Under the pieces are notes generated by a model, which had not been told where the DNA came from, searched no databases, and worked only from the letters and a program-made list of their open reading frames with translations. A stretch of 64,000 nucleotides of DNA, taken from the NCBI GenBank assembly GCA_964057225.1, contig OZ059900.1:1054001-1118000 (forward strand). The letters run 5' to 3'. Position 1 is the first letter of the stretch, and each line of letters begins with the position of its first letter. A program made the position numbers and the translations under genes. This DNA is from Auanema rhodensis (taxonomy: Eukaryota; Animalia; Nematoda). Shown in pieces: positions 27,691 to 43,400 of the stretch.

Positions 27691-30600
27691 ATTTATTCAT
27701 TTTGATCAAAAAAGGTCGAAAATAGAAAGAATTTTTGAAATTTCCGAGTTTTGAGTCTAATTTGGCTAAATCGCTCATATACATGATCAAAAGCATAGTT
27801 TTATTGTCTATGACAACAAAAGTCTTCAATTAAACGCTAGTGATGTTTTAATATTGAATTTCGCTCAAATAGCATTACTACACTAAGTATGGTCGTTTTT
27901 ATGCCTTTAACACCATATACTCACCGATTTTTGGTACAAAATCTGTAATACTCGTAAATTTTGATCATATTCGTTAAGATTTGAGAATCAAACATACAAT
28001 ACACAAAATCAGTCTATTTTTATGAGCTTGCACTGATATATATTCATTTTGATCAAAAAAGGTCGAAAATAGAAAGAATTTTTGAAATTTACGAGTTTTG
28101 AGTCTAATTTGGCTAAATCGCTCATATATATGATCAGAAGCATAGTTTTATTGTCTATGACAACAAAAATCATCAATTAAACGCTAGTGATGTTTAAATA
28201 CTGATTTTCGCTCAAATAGCATTACTACACTAAGTATGGTCGTTTTTATGCCTTTAACACCATATACTCACCGATTTTTGGTACAAAATCTGTAATACTT
28301 GTAAATTTTGATCATATTCGTTAAGATTCGAGAATCAAACACATAATACACGAAATAAGTCTATTTTTACAAGTTTGCACTGATATTTATTCATTTTGAT
28401 CAAAAAAGATCGAAAATAGAAAGAATTTTTGAAATTTCCGAGTTTTGAGTCCAATTGGGCTAAATCGCTCATATATATGATCAAAAGCATAGTTTTACTG
28501 TCTATGATAACAAAAGTCTTCAAATATACACTAGTAATGATTAAATCACTGAATTTCACTCAAATAGCATTACTACACTAAGTATGGTCGTTTTTATGCC
28601 TTTAACACCATATACTCACCGATTTTTGGTACAAAATCTGTAATACTTGTAAATTTCGATCATATTCGTTAAGATTTGAGAATCAAACACATAATACACG
28701 AAATAAGTCTATTTTTACAAGTTTGCACTGATATATATTCATTTTGATCAAAAAAGGTCGAAAATAGAAAGAATTTTTGAAATTTCCGAGTTTTGAGTCT
28801 AATTTGGCTAAATCGCTCATATATATGATCAGAAGCATAGTTTTATTGTCTATGACAACAAAAATCATCAATTAAACGCTAGTGATGTTTAAATACTGAT
28901 TTTCGCTCAAATAGCATTACTACACTAAGTATGGTCGTTTTTATGCCTTTAACACCATATACTCACCGATTTTTGGTACAAAATCTGTAATACTTGTAAA
29001 TTTTGATCATATTCGGTGAGATTCGAGAATCAAACACACAATACACGAAATAAGTCTATTTTTACAAGTTTGCACTGATATTTATTCATTTTGATCAAAA
29101 AAGGTCGAAAATAGAAAGAATTTTTGAAATTTCCGAGTTTTGAGTCTAATTTGGCTAAATCGCTCATATACATGATCAAAAGCATAGTTTTATTGTCTAT
29201 GACAACAAAAGTCTTCAATTAAACGCTAGTGATGTTTTAATACTGAATTTCGCTCAAATAGCATTACTACACTAAGTATGGTCGTTTTTATGCCTTTAAC
29301 ACCATATACTCACCGATTTTTGGTACAAAATCTGTGATACTCGTAAATTTCGATCATATTCGTTAAGATTCGAGAATCAAACACACAATACACGAAATGA
29401 GTTTATTTTTACGAGTTTGCACTGATATTTATTCATTTTGATCAAAAAAGGTCGAAAATAGAAAGAATTTTTGAATTTTCCGAGTTTTGAGTCCAATTGG
29501 GCTAAATCGCTCATATATATGATCAAAAGCATAGTTTTACTGTCTATGATAACAAAAGTCTTCAAATATACACTAGTAATGATTAAATCACTGAATTTCA
29601 CTCAAATAGCATTACTACACTAAGTATGGTCGTTTTTATGCCTTTAACACCATATACTCACCGATTTTTGATACAAAATCTGTAATACTTGTAAATTTTG
29701 ATCATATTCGTTAAGATTTGAGAATCAAACATACAATACACAAAATCAGTCTATTTTTATGAGCTTGCACTGATATATATTCATTTTGATCAAAAAAGGT
29801 CGAAAATAGAAAGAATTTTTGAAATTTCCGAGTTTTGAGTCTAATTTGGCTAAATCGCTCATATATATGATCAGAAGCATAGTTTTATTGTCTATGACAA
29901 CAAAAATCATCAATTAAACGCTAGTGATGTTTAAATACTGATTTTCGCTCAAATAGCATTACTACACTAAGTATGGTCGTTTTTATGCCTTTAACACCAT
30001 ATACTCACCGATTTTTGGTACAAAATCTGTAATACTTGTAAATTTTGATCATATTCGTTAAGATTCGAGAATCAAACACATAATACACGAAATAAGTCTA
30101 TTTTTACAAGTTTGCACTGATATTTATTCATTTTGAACAAAAAAGATCGAAAATAGAAAGAATTTTTGAAATTTCCGAGTTTTGAGTCCAATTTGGCTAA
30201 ATCGCTCATATATATGATCAAAAGCATAGTTTTATTGTCTATAACAACAAAAGTCATCAATTAAACGCTAGTGATGTTTTAATACTGAATTTCGCTCAAA
30301 TAGCATTACTACACTAAGTATGGTCGTTTTTATGCCTTTAACACCATATACTCACCGATTTTTGGTACAAAATCTGTAATACTTGTAAATTTTGATCATA
30401 TTCGTTAAGATTCGAGAATCAAACACATAATACACGAAACAAGTCTATTTTTATAAGTTTGCACTGATATTTATTCATTTTGATCAAAAAAGATCGAAAA
30501 TAGAAAGATTTTTTGAAATTTCCGAGTTTTGAGTCTAATTTGGCTAAATCGCTCATATATATGATCAGAAGCATAGATGTATTGTCTATGACAACAAAAG

Positions 30601-33560
30601 TCATTAATTGAACACTAATGATGTTTAAATCACTGAATTTCGCTCAAATAGCATTACTACACTAAGGATGGTCGTTTTTATGCCTTTAACACCATATACT
30701 CACCGATTTTTGGTACAAAATCTGTGATACTCGTAAATTTTGATCATATTCGTTAAGATTCAAGAATCAAACACACAATACACGAAATAAGTTCATTTTT
30801 ACAAGTTTGCACTGATATTTATTCATTTTGATCAAAAAAGGTCGAAAATAGAAAGAATTTTTGAAATTTACGAGTTTTGAGTCTAATTTGGCTAAATCGC
30901 TCATATATATGATCAGAAGCATAGTTTTATTGTCTATGACAACAAAAGTCATTAATTAAACACTAATGATGTTTAAATACTGATTTTCGCTCAAATAGCA
31001 TTACTACACTAAGTATGGTCGTTTTTATACCTTCAACACCATATACTCACCGATTTTTGGTACAAAATCTGTGATACTCGTAAATTTCGATCATATTCGT
31101 TAAGATTCGAGAATCAAACACACAATACACGAAATGAGTTTATTTTCACGAGTTTGCACTGATATTTATTCATTTTGATCAAAAAAGGTCGAAAATAGAA
31201 AGAATTTTTGAATTTTCCGAGTTTTGAGTCCAATTGGGCTAAATCGCTCATATATATGATCAAAAGCATAGTTTTACTGTCTATGATAACAAAAGTCTTC
31301 AAATATACACTAGTAATGATTAAATCACTGAATTTCACTCAAATAGCATTACTACACTAAGTATGGTCGTTTTTATGCCTTTAACACCATATACTCACCG
31401 ATTTTTGGTACAAAATCTGTAATACTTGTAAATTTCGATCATATTCGTTAAGATATGAGAATCAAACACATAATACACGAAATAAGTCTATTTTTACAAG
31501 TTTGCACTGATATTTATTCATTTTGATCAAAAAAGGTCGAAAATAGAAAGAATTTTTGAAATTTACGAGTTTTGAGTCCAATTTGGCTAAATCGCTCATA
31601 TATATGATCAAAAGCATAGTTCTATTGTCTATAACAACAAAAGTCTTCAATTAAACGCTAGTGATGTTTTAATATTGAATTTCGCTCAAATAGCATTACT
31701 ACACTAAGTATGGTCGTTTTTATGCCTTTAACACCATATACTCACCGATTTTTGGTACAAAATCTGTAATACTCGTAAATTTTGATCATATTCGTTAAGA
31801 TTTGAGAATCAAACATACAATACACGAAATCAGTCTATTTTTATGAGCTTGCACTGATATATATTCATTTTGATCAAAAAAGGTCGAAAATAGAAAGAAT
31901 TTTTGAAATTTACGAGTTTTGAGTCTAATTTGGCTAAATCGCTCATATATATGATCAGAAGCATAGTTTTATTGTCTATGACAACAAAAATCATCAATTA
32001 AACGCTAGTGATGTTTAAATACTGATTTTCGCTCAAATAGCATTACTACACTAAGTATGGTCGTTTTTATGCCTTTAACACCATATACTCACCGATTTTT
32101 GGTACAAAATCTGTAATACTTGTAAATTTTGATCATATTCGTTAAGATTCGAGAATCAAACACATAATACACGAAATAAGTCTATTTTTACAAGTTTGCA
32201 CTGATATTTATTCATTTTGATCAAAAAAGATCGAAAATAGAAAGAATTTTTGAAATTTCCGAGTTTTGAGTCCAATTGGGCTAAATCGCTCATATATATG
32301 ATCAAAAGCATAGTTTTACTGTCTATGATAACAAAAGTCTTCAAATATACACTAGTAATGATTAAATCACTGAATTTCACTCAAATAGCATTACTACACT
32401 AAGTATGGTCGTTTTTATGCCTTTAACACCATATACTCACCGATTTTTGGTACAAAATCTGTAATACTTGTAAATTTCGATCATATTCGTTAAGATTTGA
32501 GAATCAAACACATAATACACGAAATAAGTCTATTTTTACAAGTTTGCACTGATATTTATTCATTTTGATCAAAAAAGGTCGAAAATAGAAAGAATTTTTG
32601 AAATTTCCGAGTTTTGAGTCTAATTTGGCTAAATCGCTCATATACATGATCAAAAGCATAGTTTTATTGTCTATGACAACAAAAGTCTTCAATTAAACGC
32701 TAGTGATGTTTTAATATTGAATTTCGCTCAAATAGCATTACTACACTAAGTATGGTCGTTTTTATGCCTTTAACACCATATACTCACCGATTTTTGGTAC
32801 AAAATCTGTAATACTCGTAAATTTTGATCATATTCGTTAAGATTTGAGAATCAAACATACAATACACAAAATCAGTCTATTTTTATGAGCTTGCACTGAT
32901 ATATATTCATTTTGATCAAAAAAGGTCGAAAATAGAAAGAATTTTTGAAATTTACGAGTTTTGAGTCTAATTTGGCTAAATCGCTCATATATATGATCAG
33001 AAGCATAGTTTTATTGTCTATGACAACAAAAATCATCAATTAAACGCTAGTGATGTTTAAATACTGATTTTCGCTCAAATAGCATTACTACACTAAGTAT
33101 GGTCGTTTTTATGCCTTTAACACCATATACTCACCGATTTTTGGTACAAAATCTGTAATACTTGTAAATTTTGATCATATTCGTTAAGATTCGAGAATCA
33201 AACACATAATACACGAAATAAGTCTATTTTTACAAGTTTGCACTGATATTTATTCATTTTGATCAAAAAAGATCGAAAATAGAAAGAATTTTTGAAATTT
33301 CCGAGTTTTGAGTCCAATTGGGCTAAATCGCTCATATATATGATCAAAAGCATAGTTTTACTGTCTATGATAACAAAAGTCTTCAAATATACACTAGTAA
33401 TGATTAAATCACTGAATTTCACTCAAATAGCATTACTACACTAAGTATGGTCGTTTTTATGCCTTTAACACCATATACTCACCGATTTTTGGTACAAAAT
33501 CTGTAATACTTGTAAATTTCGATCATATTCGTTAAGATTTGAGAATCAAACACATAATAC
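23150..33560. repeat. 14-monomer HOR, period 4863 bp (11-mer plus an internal 3-mer of 1042 bp)
   Basis: 23472->28335->33198, 24514->29377, 26599->31462 and 27641->32504 are 4863. The private AAGATATGAG variant is at 26592 and 31455. The 3-mer shows as 27293->28335 and 26599->27641. Confidence 0.92.
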
Positions 33561-34644
33561 ACGAAATACGTCTATTTTTACAAGTTTGCACTGATATTTA
33601 TTCATTTTGATCAAAAAAGGTCGAAAATAGAAAGAATTTTTGAAATTTCCGAGTTTTGAGTCCAATTTGGCTAAATCGCTCATATATATGATCAAAAGCA
33701 TAGTTCTATTGTCTATAACAACAAAAGTCTTCAATTAAACGCTAGTGATGTTTTAATACTGAATTTCGCTCAAATAGCATTACTACACTAAGTATGGTCG
33801 TTTTTATGCCTTTAACACCATATACTCACCGATTTTTGGTACAAAATCTGTAATACTCGTAAATTTTGATCATATTCGTTAAGATTTGAGAATCAAACAT
33901 ACAATACACGAAATCAGTCTATTTTTATGAGCTTGCACTGATATATATTCATTTTGATCAAAAAAGGTCGAAAATAGAAAGAATTTTTGAAATTTACGAG
34001 TTTTGAGTCTAATTTGGCTAAATCGCTCATATATATGATCAGAAGCATAGTTTTATTGTCTATGACAACAAAAATCATCAATTAAACGCTAGTGATGTTT
34101 AAATACTGATTTTCGCTCAAATAGCATTACTACACTAAGTATGGTCGTTTTTATGCCTTTAACACCATATACTCACCGATTTTTGGTACAAAATCTGTAA
34201 TACTTGTAAATTTTGATCATATTCGTTAAGATTCAAGAATCAAACACATAATACACAAAATAAGTCTATTTTTATGAGTTTGCACTGATATTTATTCATT
34301 TTGATCAAAAAAGGTCGAAAATAGAAAGAATTTTTGAAATTTCCGAGTTTTGAGTCTAATTTGGCTAAATCGCTCATATATATGATCAGAAGCATAGTTT
34401 TATTGTCTATGACAACAAAAATCATCAATCAAACGCTAGTGATGTTTAAATACTGATTTTCGCTCAAATAGCATTACTACACTAAGTATGGTCGTTTTTA
34501 TGCCTTTAACACCATATACTCACCGATTTTTGGTACAAAATCTGTAATACTTGTAAATTTTGATCATATTCGTTAAGATTTGAGAATCAAACATACAATA
34601 CACAAAATCAGTCTATTTTTATGAGCTTGCACTGATATATATTC

Positions 34645-37600
34645 ATTTTGATCAAAAAAGGTCGAAAATAGAAAGAATTTTTGAAATTTCCGAGTTTTGA
34701 GTCTAATTTGGCTAAATCGCTCATATATATGATCAGAAGCATAGTTTTATTGTCTATGACAACAAAAATCATCAATTAAACGCTAGTGATGTTTAAATAC
34801 TGATTTTCGCTCAAATAGCAATACTACACTAAGTATGGTCGTTTTTATGCCTTTAACACCATATACTCACCGATTTTTGGTACAAAATCTGTAATACTTG
34901 TAAATTTTGATCATATTCGTTAAGATTCGAGAATCAAACACATAATAAACGAAACAAGTCTATTTTTACAAGTTTGCACTGATATTTATTCATTTTGATC
35001 AAAAAAGATCGAAAATAGAAAGAATTTTTGAAATTTCCGAGTTTTGAGTCCAATTTGGCTAAATCGCTCATATATATGATCAAAAGCATAGTTTTATTGT
35101 CTATAACAACAAAAGTCATCAATTAAACGCTAGTGATGTTTAAATACTGAATTTCACTCAAATAGCATTACTACACTAAGTATGGTCGTTTTTATGCCTT
35201 TAACACCATATACTCACCGATTTTTGGTACAAAATCTGTAATACTCGTAAATTTTGATCATATTCGTTAAGATTTGAGAATCAAACATACAATACACAAA
35301 ATCAGTCTATTTTTATGAGCTTGCACTGATATTTATTCATTTTGATCAAAAAAGGTCGAAAATAGAAAGAATTTTTGAAATTTCCGAGTTTTGAGTCCAA
35401 TTTGGCTAAATCGCTCATATATATGATCAAAAGCATAGTTCTATTGTCTATAACAACAAAAGTCTTCAATTAAACGCTAGTGATGTTTTAATACTGAATT
35501 TCGCTCAAATAGCATTACTACACTAAGTATGGTCGTTTTTATGCCTTTAACACCATATACTCACCGATTTTTGGTACAAAATCTGTAATACTCGTAAATT
35601 TTGATCATATTCGTTAAGATTTGAGAATCAAACATACAATACACGAAATCAGTCTATTTTTATGAGCTTGCACTGATATATATTCATTTTGATCAAAAAA
35701 GGTCGAAAATAGAAAGAATTTTTGAAATTTACGAGTTTTGAGTCTAATTTGGCTAAATCGCTCATATATATGATCAGAAGCATAGTTTTATTGTCTATGA
35801 CAACAAAAGTCATTAATTAAACACTAATAATGTTTAAATCACTAAATTTCGCTCAAATAGCATTACTACACTAAGTATGCTCGTTTTTATGCCTTTAACA
35901 CCATATACTCACCGATTTTTGGTACAAAATCTGTAATACTTGTAAATTTTGATCATATTCGTTAAGATTCGAGAATCAAACACATAATACACGAAATAAG
36001 TCTATTTTTATGAGTTTGCACTGATATTTATTCATTTTGATCAAAAAAGGTCGAAAATAGAAAGAATTTTTGAAATTTCCGAGTTTTGAGTCCAATTTGG
36101 CTAAATCGCTCATATATATGATCAAAAGCATAGTTTTATTGTCTATAACAACAAAAGTCATCAATTAAACGCTAGTGATGTTTAAATACTGAATTTCACT
36201 CAAATAGCATTACTACACTAAGTATGGTCGTTTTTATGCCTTTAACACCATATACTCACCGATTTTTGGTACAAAATCTGTAATACTCGTAAATTTTGAT
36301 CATATTCGTTAAGATTTGAGAATCAAACATACAATACACAAAATCAGTCTATTTTTATGAGCTTGCACTGATATTTATTCATTTTGATCAAAAAAGGTCG
36401 AAAATAGAAAGAATTTTTGAAATTTCCGAGTTTTGAGTCCAATTTGGCTAAATCGCTCATATATATGATCAAAAGCATAGTTCTATTGTCTATAACAACA
36501 AAAGTCTTCAATTAAACGCTAGTGATGTTTTAATACTGAATTTCGCTCAAATAGCATTACTACACTAAGTATGGTCGTTTTTATGCCTTTAACACCATAT
36601 ACTCACCGATTTTTGGTACAAAATCTGTAATACTCGTAAATTTTGATCATATTCGTTAAGATTTGAGAATCAAACATACAATACACGAAATCAGTCTATT
36701 TTTATGAGCTTGCACTGATATATATTCATTTTGATCAAAAAAGGTCGAAAATAGAAAGAATTTTTGAAATTTACGAGTTTTGAGTCTAATTTGGCTAAAT
36801 CGCTCATATATATGATCAGAAGCATAGTTTTATTGTCTATGACAACAAAAGTCATTAATTAAACACTAATAATGTTTAAATCACTAAATTTCGCTCAAAT
36901 AGCATTACTACACTAAGTATGGTCGTTTTTATGCCTTTAACACCATATACTCACCGATTTTTGGTACAAAATCTGTAATACTTGTAAATTTTGATCATAT
37001 TCGTTAAGATTCGAGAATCAAACACATAATACACGAAATAAGTCTATTTTTATGAGTTTGCACTGATATTTATTCATTTTGATCAAAAAAGGTCGAAAAT
37101 AGAAAGAATTTTTGAAATTTCCGAGTTTTGAGTCTAATTTGGCTAAATCGCTCATATATATGATCAGAAGCATAGTTTTATTGTCTATGACAACAAAAAT
37201 CATCAATTAAACGCTAGTGATGTTTAAATACTGATTTTCGCTCAAATAGCATTACTACACTAAGTATGGTCGTTTTTATGCCTTTAACACCATATACTCA
37301 CCGATTTTTGGTACAAAATCTGTAATACTTGTAAATTTTGATCATATTCGTTAAGATTCGAGAATCAAACACATAATACACAAAATAAGTCTATTTTTAT
37401 GAGTTTGCACTGATATTTATTCATTTTGATCAAAAAAGGTCGAAAATAGAAAGAATTTTTGAAATTTCCGAGTTTTGAGTCTAATTTGGCTAAATCGCTC
37501 ATATATATGATCAGAAGCATAGTTTTATTGTCTATGACAACAAAAATCATCAATTAAACGCTAGTGATGTTTAAATACTGATTTTCGCTCAAATAGCAAT

Positions 37601-40375
37601 ACTACACTAAGTATGGTCGTTTTTATGCCTTTAACACCATATACTCACCGATTTTTGGTACAAAATCTGTAATACTTGTAAATTTTGATCATATTCGTTA
37701 AGATTCGAGAATCAAACACATAATAAACGAAACAAGTCTATTTTTACAAGTTTGCACTGATATTTATTCATTTTGATCAAAAAAGATCGAAAATAGAAAG
37801 AATTTTTGAAATTTCCGAGTTTTGAGTCCAATTTGGCTAAATCGCTCATATATATGATCAAAAGCATAGTTTTATTGTCTATAACAACAAAAGTCATCAA
37901 TTAAACGCTAGTGATGTTTAAATACTGAATTTCACTCAAATAGCATTACTACACTAAGTATGGTCGTTTTTATGCCTTTAACACCATATACTCACCGATT
38001 TTTGGTACAAAATCTGTAATACTCGTAAATTTTGATCATATTCGTTAAGATTTGAGAATCAAACATACAATACACAAAATCAGTCTATTTTTATGAGCTT
38101 GCACTGATATTTATTCATTTTGATCAAAAAAGGTCGAAAATAGAAAGAATTTTTGAAATTTCCGAGTTTTGAGTCCAATTTGGCTAAATCGCTCATATAT
38201 ATGATCAAAAGCATAGTTCTATTGTCTATAACAACAAAAGTCTTCAATTAAACGCTAGTGATGTTTTAATACTGAATTTCGCTCAAATAGCATTACTACA
38301 CTAAGTATGGTCGTTTTTATGCCTTTAACACCATATACTCACCGATTTTTGGTACAAAATCTGTAATACTCGTAAATTTTGATCATATTCGTTAAGATTT
38401 GAGAATCAAACATACAATACACGAAATCAGTCTATTTTTATGAGCTTGCACTGATATATATTCATTTTGATCAAAAAAGGTCGAAAATAGAAAGAATTTT
38501 TGAAATTTACGAGTTTTGAGTCTAATTTGGCTAAATCGCTCATATATATGATCAGAAGCATAGTTTTATTGTCTATGACAACAAAAGTCATTAATTAAAC
38601 ACTAATAATGTTTAAATCACTAAATTTCGCTCAAATAGCATTACTACACTAAGTATGCTCGTTTTTATGCCTTTAACACCATATACTCACCGATTTTTGG
38701 TACAAAATCTGTAATACTTGTAAATTTTGATCATATTCGTTAAGATTCGAGAATCAAACACATAATACACGAAATAAGTCTATTTTTATGAGTTTGCACT
38801 GATATTTATTCATTTTGATCAAAAAAGGTCGAAAATAGAAAGAATTTTTGAAATTTCCGAGTTTTGAGTCCAATTTGGCTAAATCGCTCATATATATGAT
38901 CAAAAGCATAGTTTTATTGTCTATAACAACAAAAGTCATCAATTAAACGCTAGTGATGTTTAAATACTGAATTTCACTCAAATAGCATTACTACACTAAG
39001 TATGGTCGTTTTTATGCCTTTAACACCATATACTCACCGATTTTTGGTACAAAATCTGTAATACTCGTAAATTTTGATCATATTCGTTAAGATTTGAGAA
39101 TCAAACATACAATACACAAAATCAGTCTATTTTTATGAGCTTGCACTGATATTTATTCATTTTGATCAAAAAAGGTCGAAAATAGAAAGAATTTTTGAAA
39201 TTTCCGAGTTTTGAGTCCAATTTGGCTAAATCGCTCATATATATGATCAAAAGCATAGTTCTATTGTCTATAACAACAAAAGTCTTCAATTAAACGCTAG
39301 TGATGTTTTAATACTGAATTTCGCTCAAATAGCATTACTACACTAAGTATGGTCGTTTTTATGCCTTTAACACCATATACTCACCGATTTTTGGTACAAA
39401 ATCTGTAATACTCGTAAATTTTGATCATATTCGTTAAGATTTGAGAATCAAACATACAATACACGAAATCAGTCTATTTTTATGAGCTTGCACTGATATA
39501 TATTCATTTTGATCAAAAAAGGTCGAAAATAGAAAGAATTTTTGAAATTTACGAGTTTTGAGTCTAATTTGGCTAAATCGCTCATATATATGATCAGAAG
39601 CATAGTTTTATTGTCTATGACAACAAAAGTCATTAATTAAACACTAATAATGTTTAAATCACTAAATTTCGCTCAAATAGCATTACTACACTAAGTATGG
39701 TCGTTTTTATGCCTTTAACACCATATACTCACCGATTTTTGGTACAAAATCTGTAATACTTGTAAATTTTGATCATATTCGTTAAGATTCGAGAATCAAA
39801 CACATAATACACGAAATAAGTCTATTTTTATGAGTTTGCACTGATATTTATTCATTTTGATCAAAAAAGGTCGAAAATAGAAAGAATTTTTGAAATTTCC
39901 GAGTTTTGAGTCTAATTTGGCTAAATCGCTCATATATATGATCAGAAGCATAGTTTTATTGTCTATGACAACAAAAATCATCAATTAAACGCTAGTGATG
40001 TTTAAATACTGATTTTCGCTCAAATAGCATTACTACACTAAGTATGGTCGTTTTTATGCCTTTAACACCATATACTCACCGATTTTTGGTACAAAATCTG
40101 TAATACTTGTAAATTTTGATCATATTCGTTAAGATTCGAGAATCAAACACATAATACACAAAATAAGTCTATTTTTATGAGTTTGCACTGATATTTATTC
40201 ATTTTGATCAAAAAAGGTCGAAAATAGAAAGAATTTTTGAAATTTCCGAGTTTTGAGTCTAATTTGGCTAAATCGCTCATATATATGATCAGAAGCATAG
40301 TTTTATTGTCTATGACAACAAAAATCATCAATTAAACGCTAGTGATGTTTAAATACTGATTTTCGCTCAAATAGC
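34645..40375. repeat. Second 8-monomer HOR, period 2778 bp, built as 3+3+2
   Basis: 34934->37712, 35976->38754, 37018->39796 and 37365->40143 are 2778. Private ATAATAAACGAAAC and AAGTATGCTCG variants recur at that offset. Internal 1042-bp steps run 34934->35976->37018. Confidence 0.9.
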
Positions 40376-40489
40376 ATTACTACACTAAGTATGGTCGTTT
40401 TTATGCCTTTAACACCATATACTCACCGATTTTTGGTACAAAATCTGTAATACTTGTAAATTTTGATCATATTCGTTAAGATTTGAGAA

Positions 40490-43400
40490 TCAAACATACA
40501 ATACACAAAATCAGTCTATTTTTATGAGCTTGCACTGATATGTATATTCATTTTGATCAAAAAAGGTCGAAAATAGAAAGAATTTTTGAAATTTCCGAGT
40601 TTTGAGTCTAATTTGGCTAAATCGCTCATATATATGATCAGAAGCATAGTTTTATTGTCTATGACAACAAAAATCATCAATTAAACGCTAGTGATGTTTA
40701 AATACTGATTTTCGCTCAAATAGCATTACTACACTAAGTATGGTCGTTTCTATGCCTTTAACACCATATACTCACCGATTTTTGGTACAAAATCTGTAAT
40801 ACTTGTAAATTTTGATCATATTTGTTAAGATTCGAGAATCAAACACATAATACACGAAATAAGTCTATTTTTACAAGTTTGCACTGATATTTATTCATTT
40901 TGATCAAAAAAGATCGAAAATAGAAAGAATTTTTGAAATTTCCGAGTTTTGAGTCCAATTTGGCTAAATTGCTCATATATATGATCAAAAGCATAGTTTT
41001 ATTGTCTATAACAACAAAAGTCATCAATTAAACGCTAGTGATGTTTAAATACTGAATTTCACTCAAATAGCATTACTACACTAAGTATGGTCGTTTTTAT
41101 GCCTTTAACACCATATACTCACCGATTTTTGGTACAAAATCTGTGATACTCGTAAATTTTGATCATATTCGGTGAGATTCGAGAATCAAACACACAATAC
41201 ACGAAATAAGTTTATTTTTACGAGTTTGCACTGATATTTATTCATTTTGATCAAAAAAGGTCGAAAATAGAAAGAATTTTTGAAATTTCCGAGTTTTGAG
41301 TCTAATTTGGCTAAATCGCTCATATATATGATCAAAAGCATAGTTTTATTGTCTATGACAACAAAAGTCATCAATTGAACGCTAGTGATGTTTAAATACT
41401 GAATTTCGCTCAAATAGCATTACTACACTAAGTATGGTCGTTTTTATGCCTTTAACACCATATACTCACCGATTTTTGGTACAAAATCTGTAACACTTGT
41501 AAATTTTGATCATATTCGTTAAAATTCGAGAATCAAAGACATAATACACGAAATAAGTCTATTTTTATGAGTTTGCACTGATATTTATTCATTTTGATCA
41601 AAAAAGGTCGAAAATAGAAAGAATTTTTGAAATTTCCGAGTTTTGAGTCTAATTTGGCTAAATCGCTCATATATATGATCAAAAGCATAGTTTTATTGTC
41701 TATGACAACTAAAGTCATCAATTAAACGCTAGTGATGTTTAAATACTGAATTTCGCTCAAATAGCATTACTACACTAAGTATGGTCGTTTTTATGCCTTT
41801 AACACCATATACTCACCGATTTTTGGTACAAAATCTGTGATACTCGTAAATTTTGATCATATTCGGTGAGATTCGAGAATCAAACACACAATACACGAAA
41901 TAAGTTTATTTTTACGAGTTTGCACTGATATTTATTCATTTTGATCAAAAAAGGTCGAAAATAGAAAGAATTTTTGAAATTTCCGAGTTTTGAGTCTAAT
42001 TTGGCTAAATCGCTCATATATATGATCAAAAGCATAGTTTTATTGTCTATGACAACAAAAGTCATCAATTAAACGCTAGTGATGTTTAAATACTGAATTT
42101 CGCTCAAATAGCATTACTACACTAAGTATGGTCGTTTTTATGCCTTTAACACCATATACTCACCGATTTTTGGTACAAAATCTGTAATACTTGTAAATTT
42201 TGATCATATTCGTTAAGATTCGAGAATCAAACACATAATACACGAAATAAGTCTATTTTTATGAGTTTGCACTGATACTTATTCATTTTGATCAAAAAAG
42301 GTCGAAAATAGAAAGAATTTTTGAAATTTCCGAGTTTTGAGTCTAATTTGGCTAAATCGCTCATATATATGATCAGAAGCATAGTTTCATTGTCTATGAC
42401 AACGAAAATCATCAATTAAACGCTAGTGATGTTTAAATACTGATTTTCGCTCAAATAGCATTACTACACTAAGTATGGTCGTTTTTATGCCTTTAACACC
42501 ATATACTCACCGATTTTTGGTACAAAATCTGTAATACTTGTAAATTTTGATCATATTCGTTAAGATTTGAGAATCAAACATACAATACACAAAATCAGTC
42601 TATTTTTATGAGCTTGCACTGATATATATTCATTTTGATCAAAAAAGGTCGAAAATAGAAAGAATTTTTGAAATTTCCGAGTTTTGAGTCTAATTTGGCT
42701 AAATCGCTCATATATATGATCAGAAGCATAGTTTTATTGTCTATGACAACAAAAATCATCAATTAAACGCTAGTGATGTTTAAATACTGATTTTCGCTCA
42801 AATAGCATTACTACACTAAGTATGGTCGTTTTTATGCCTTTAACACCATATACTCACCGATTTTTGGTACAAAATCTGTAATACTCGTAAATTTTGATCA
42901 TATTCGTTAAGATTTGAGAATCAAACATACAATACACGAAATCAGTCTATTTTTATGAGCTTGCACTGATATATATTCATTTTGATCAAAAAAGGTCGAA
43001 AATAGAAAGAATTTTTGAAATTTACGAGTTTTGAGTCTAATTTGGCTAAATCGCTCATATATATGATCAGAAGCATAGTTTCATTGTCTATGACAAGAAA
43101 AGTCATTAATTAAACACTAATAATGTTTAAATCACTAAATTTCGTTCAAATAGCATTACTACACTAAGTATGGTCGTTTTTATGCCTTTAACACCATATA
43201 CTCACCGATTTTTGGTACAAAATCTGTAATACTTGTAAATTTCGATCATATTCGTTAAGATTCGAGAATCAAACACATAATACACGAAATAAGTCTATTT
43301 TTATGAGTTTGCACTGATATTTATTCATTTTGATCAAAAAAGGTCGAAAATAGAAAGAATTTTTGAAATTTCCGAGTTTTGAGTCTAATTTGGCTAAATC

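Noticed and set aside
1-40375. The two 2778-bp 8-mers (1-5121 and 34645-40375) as copies of the same HOR
   Set aside because: The equal length arises from 6x347 + 2x348 in both. Monomer order and most private variants differ, and only a short block is related (reported separately).
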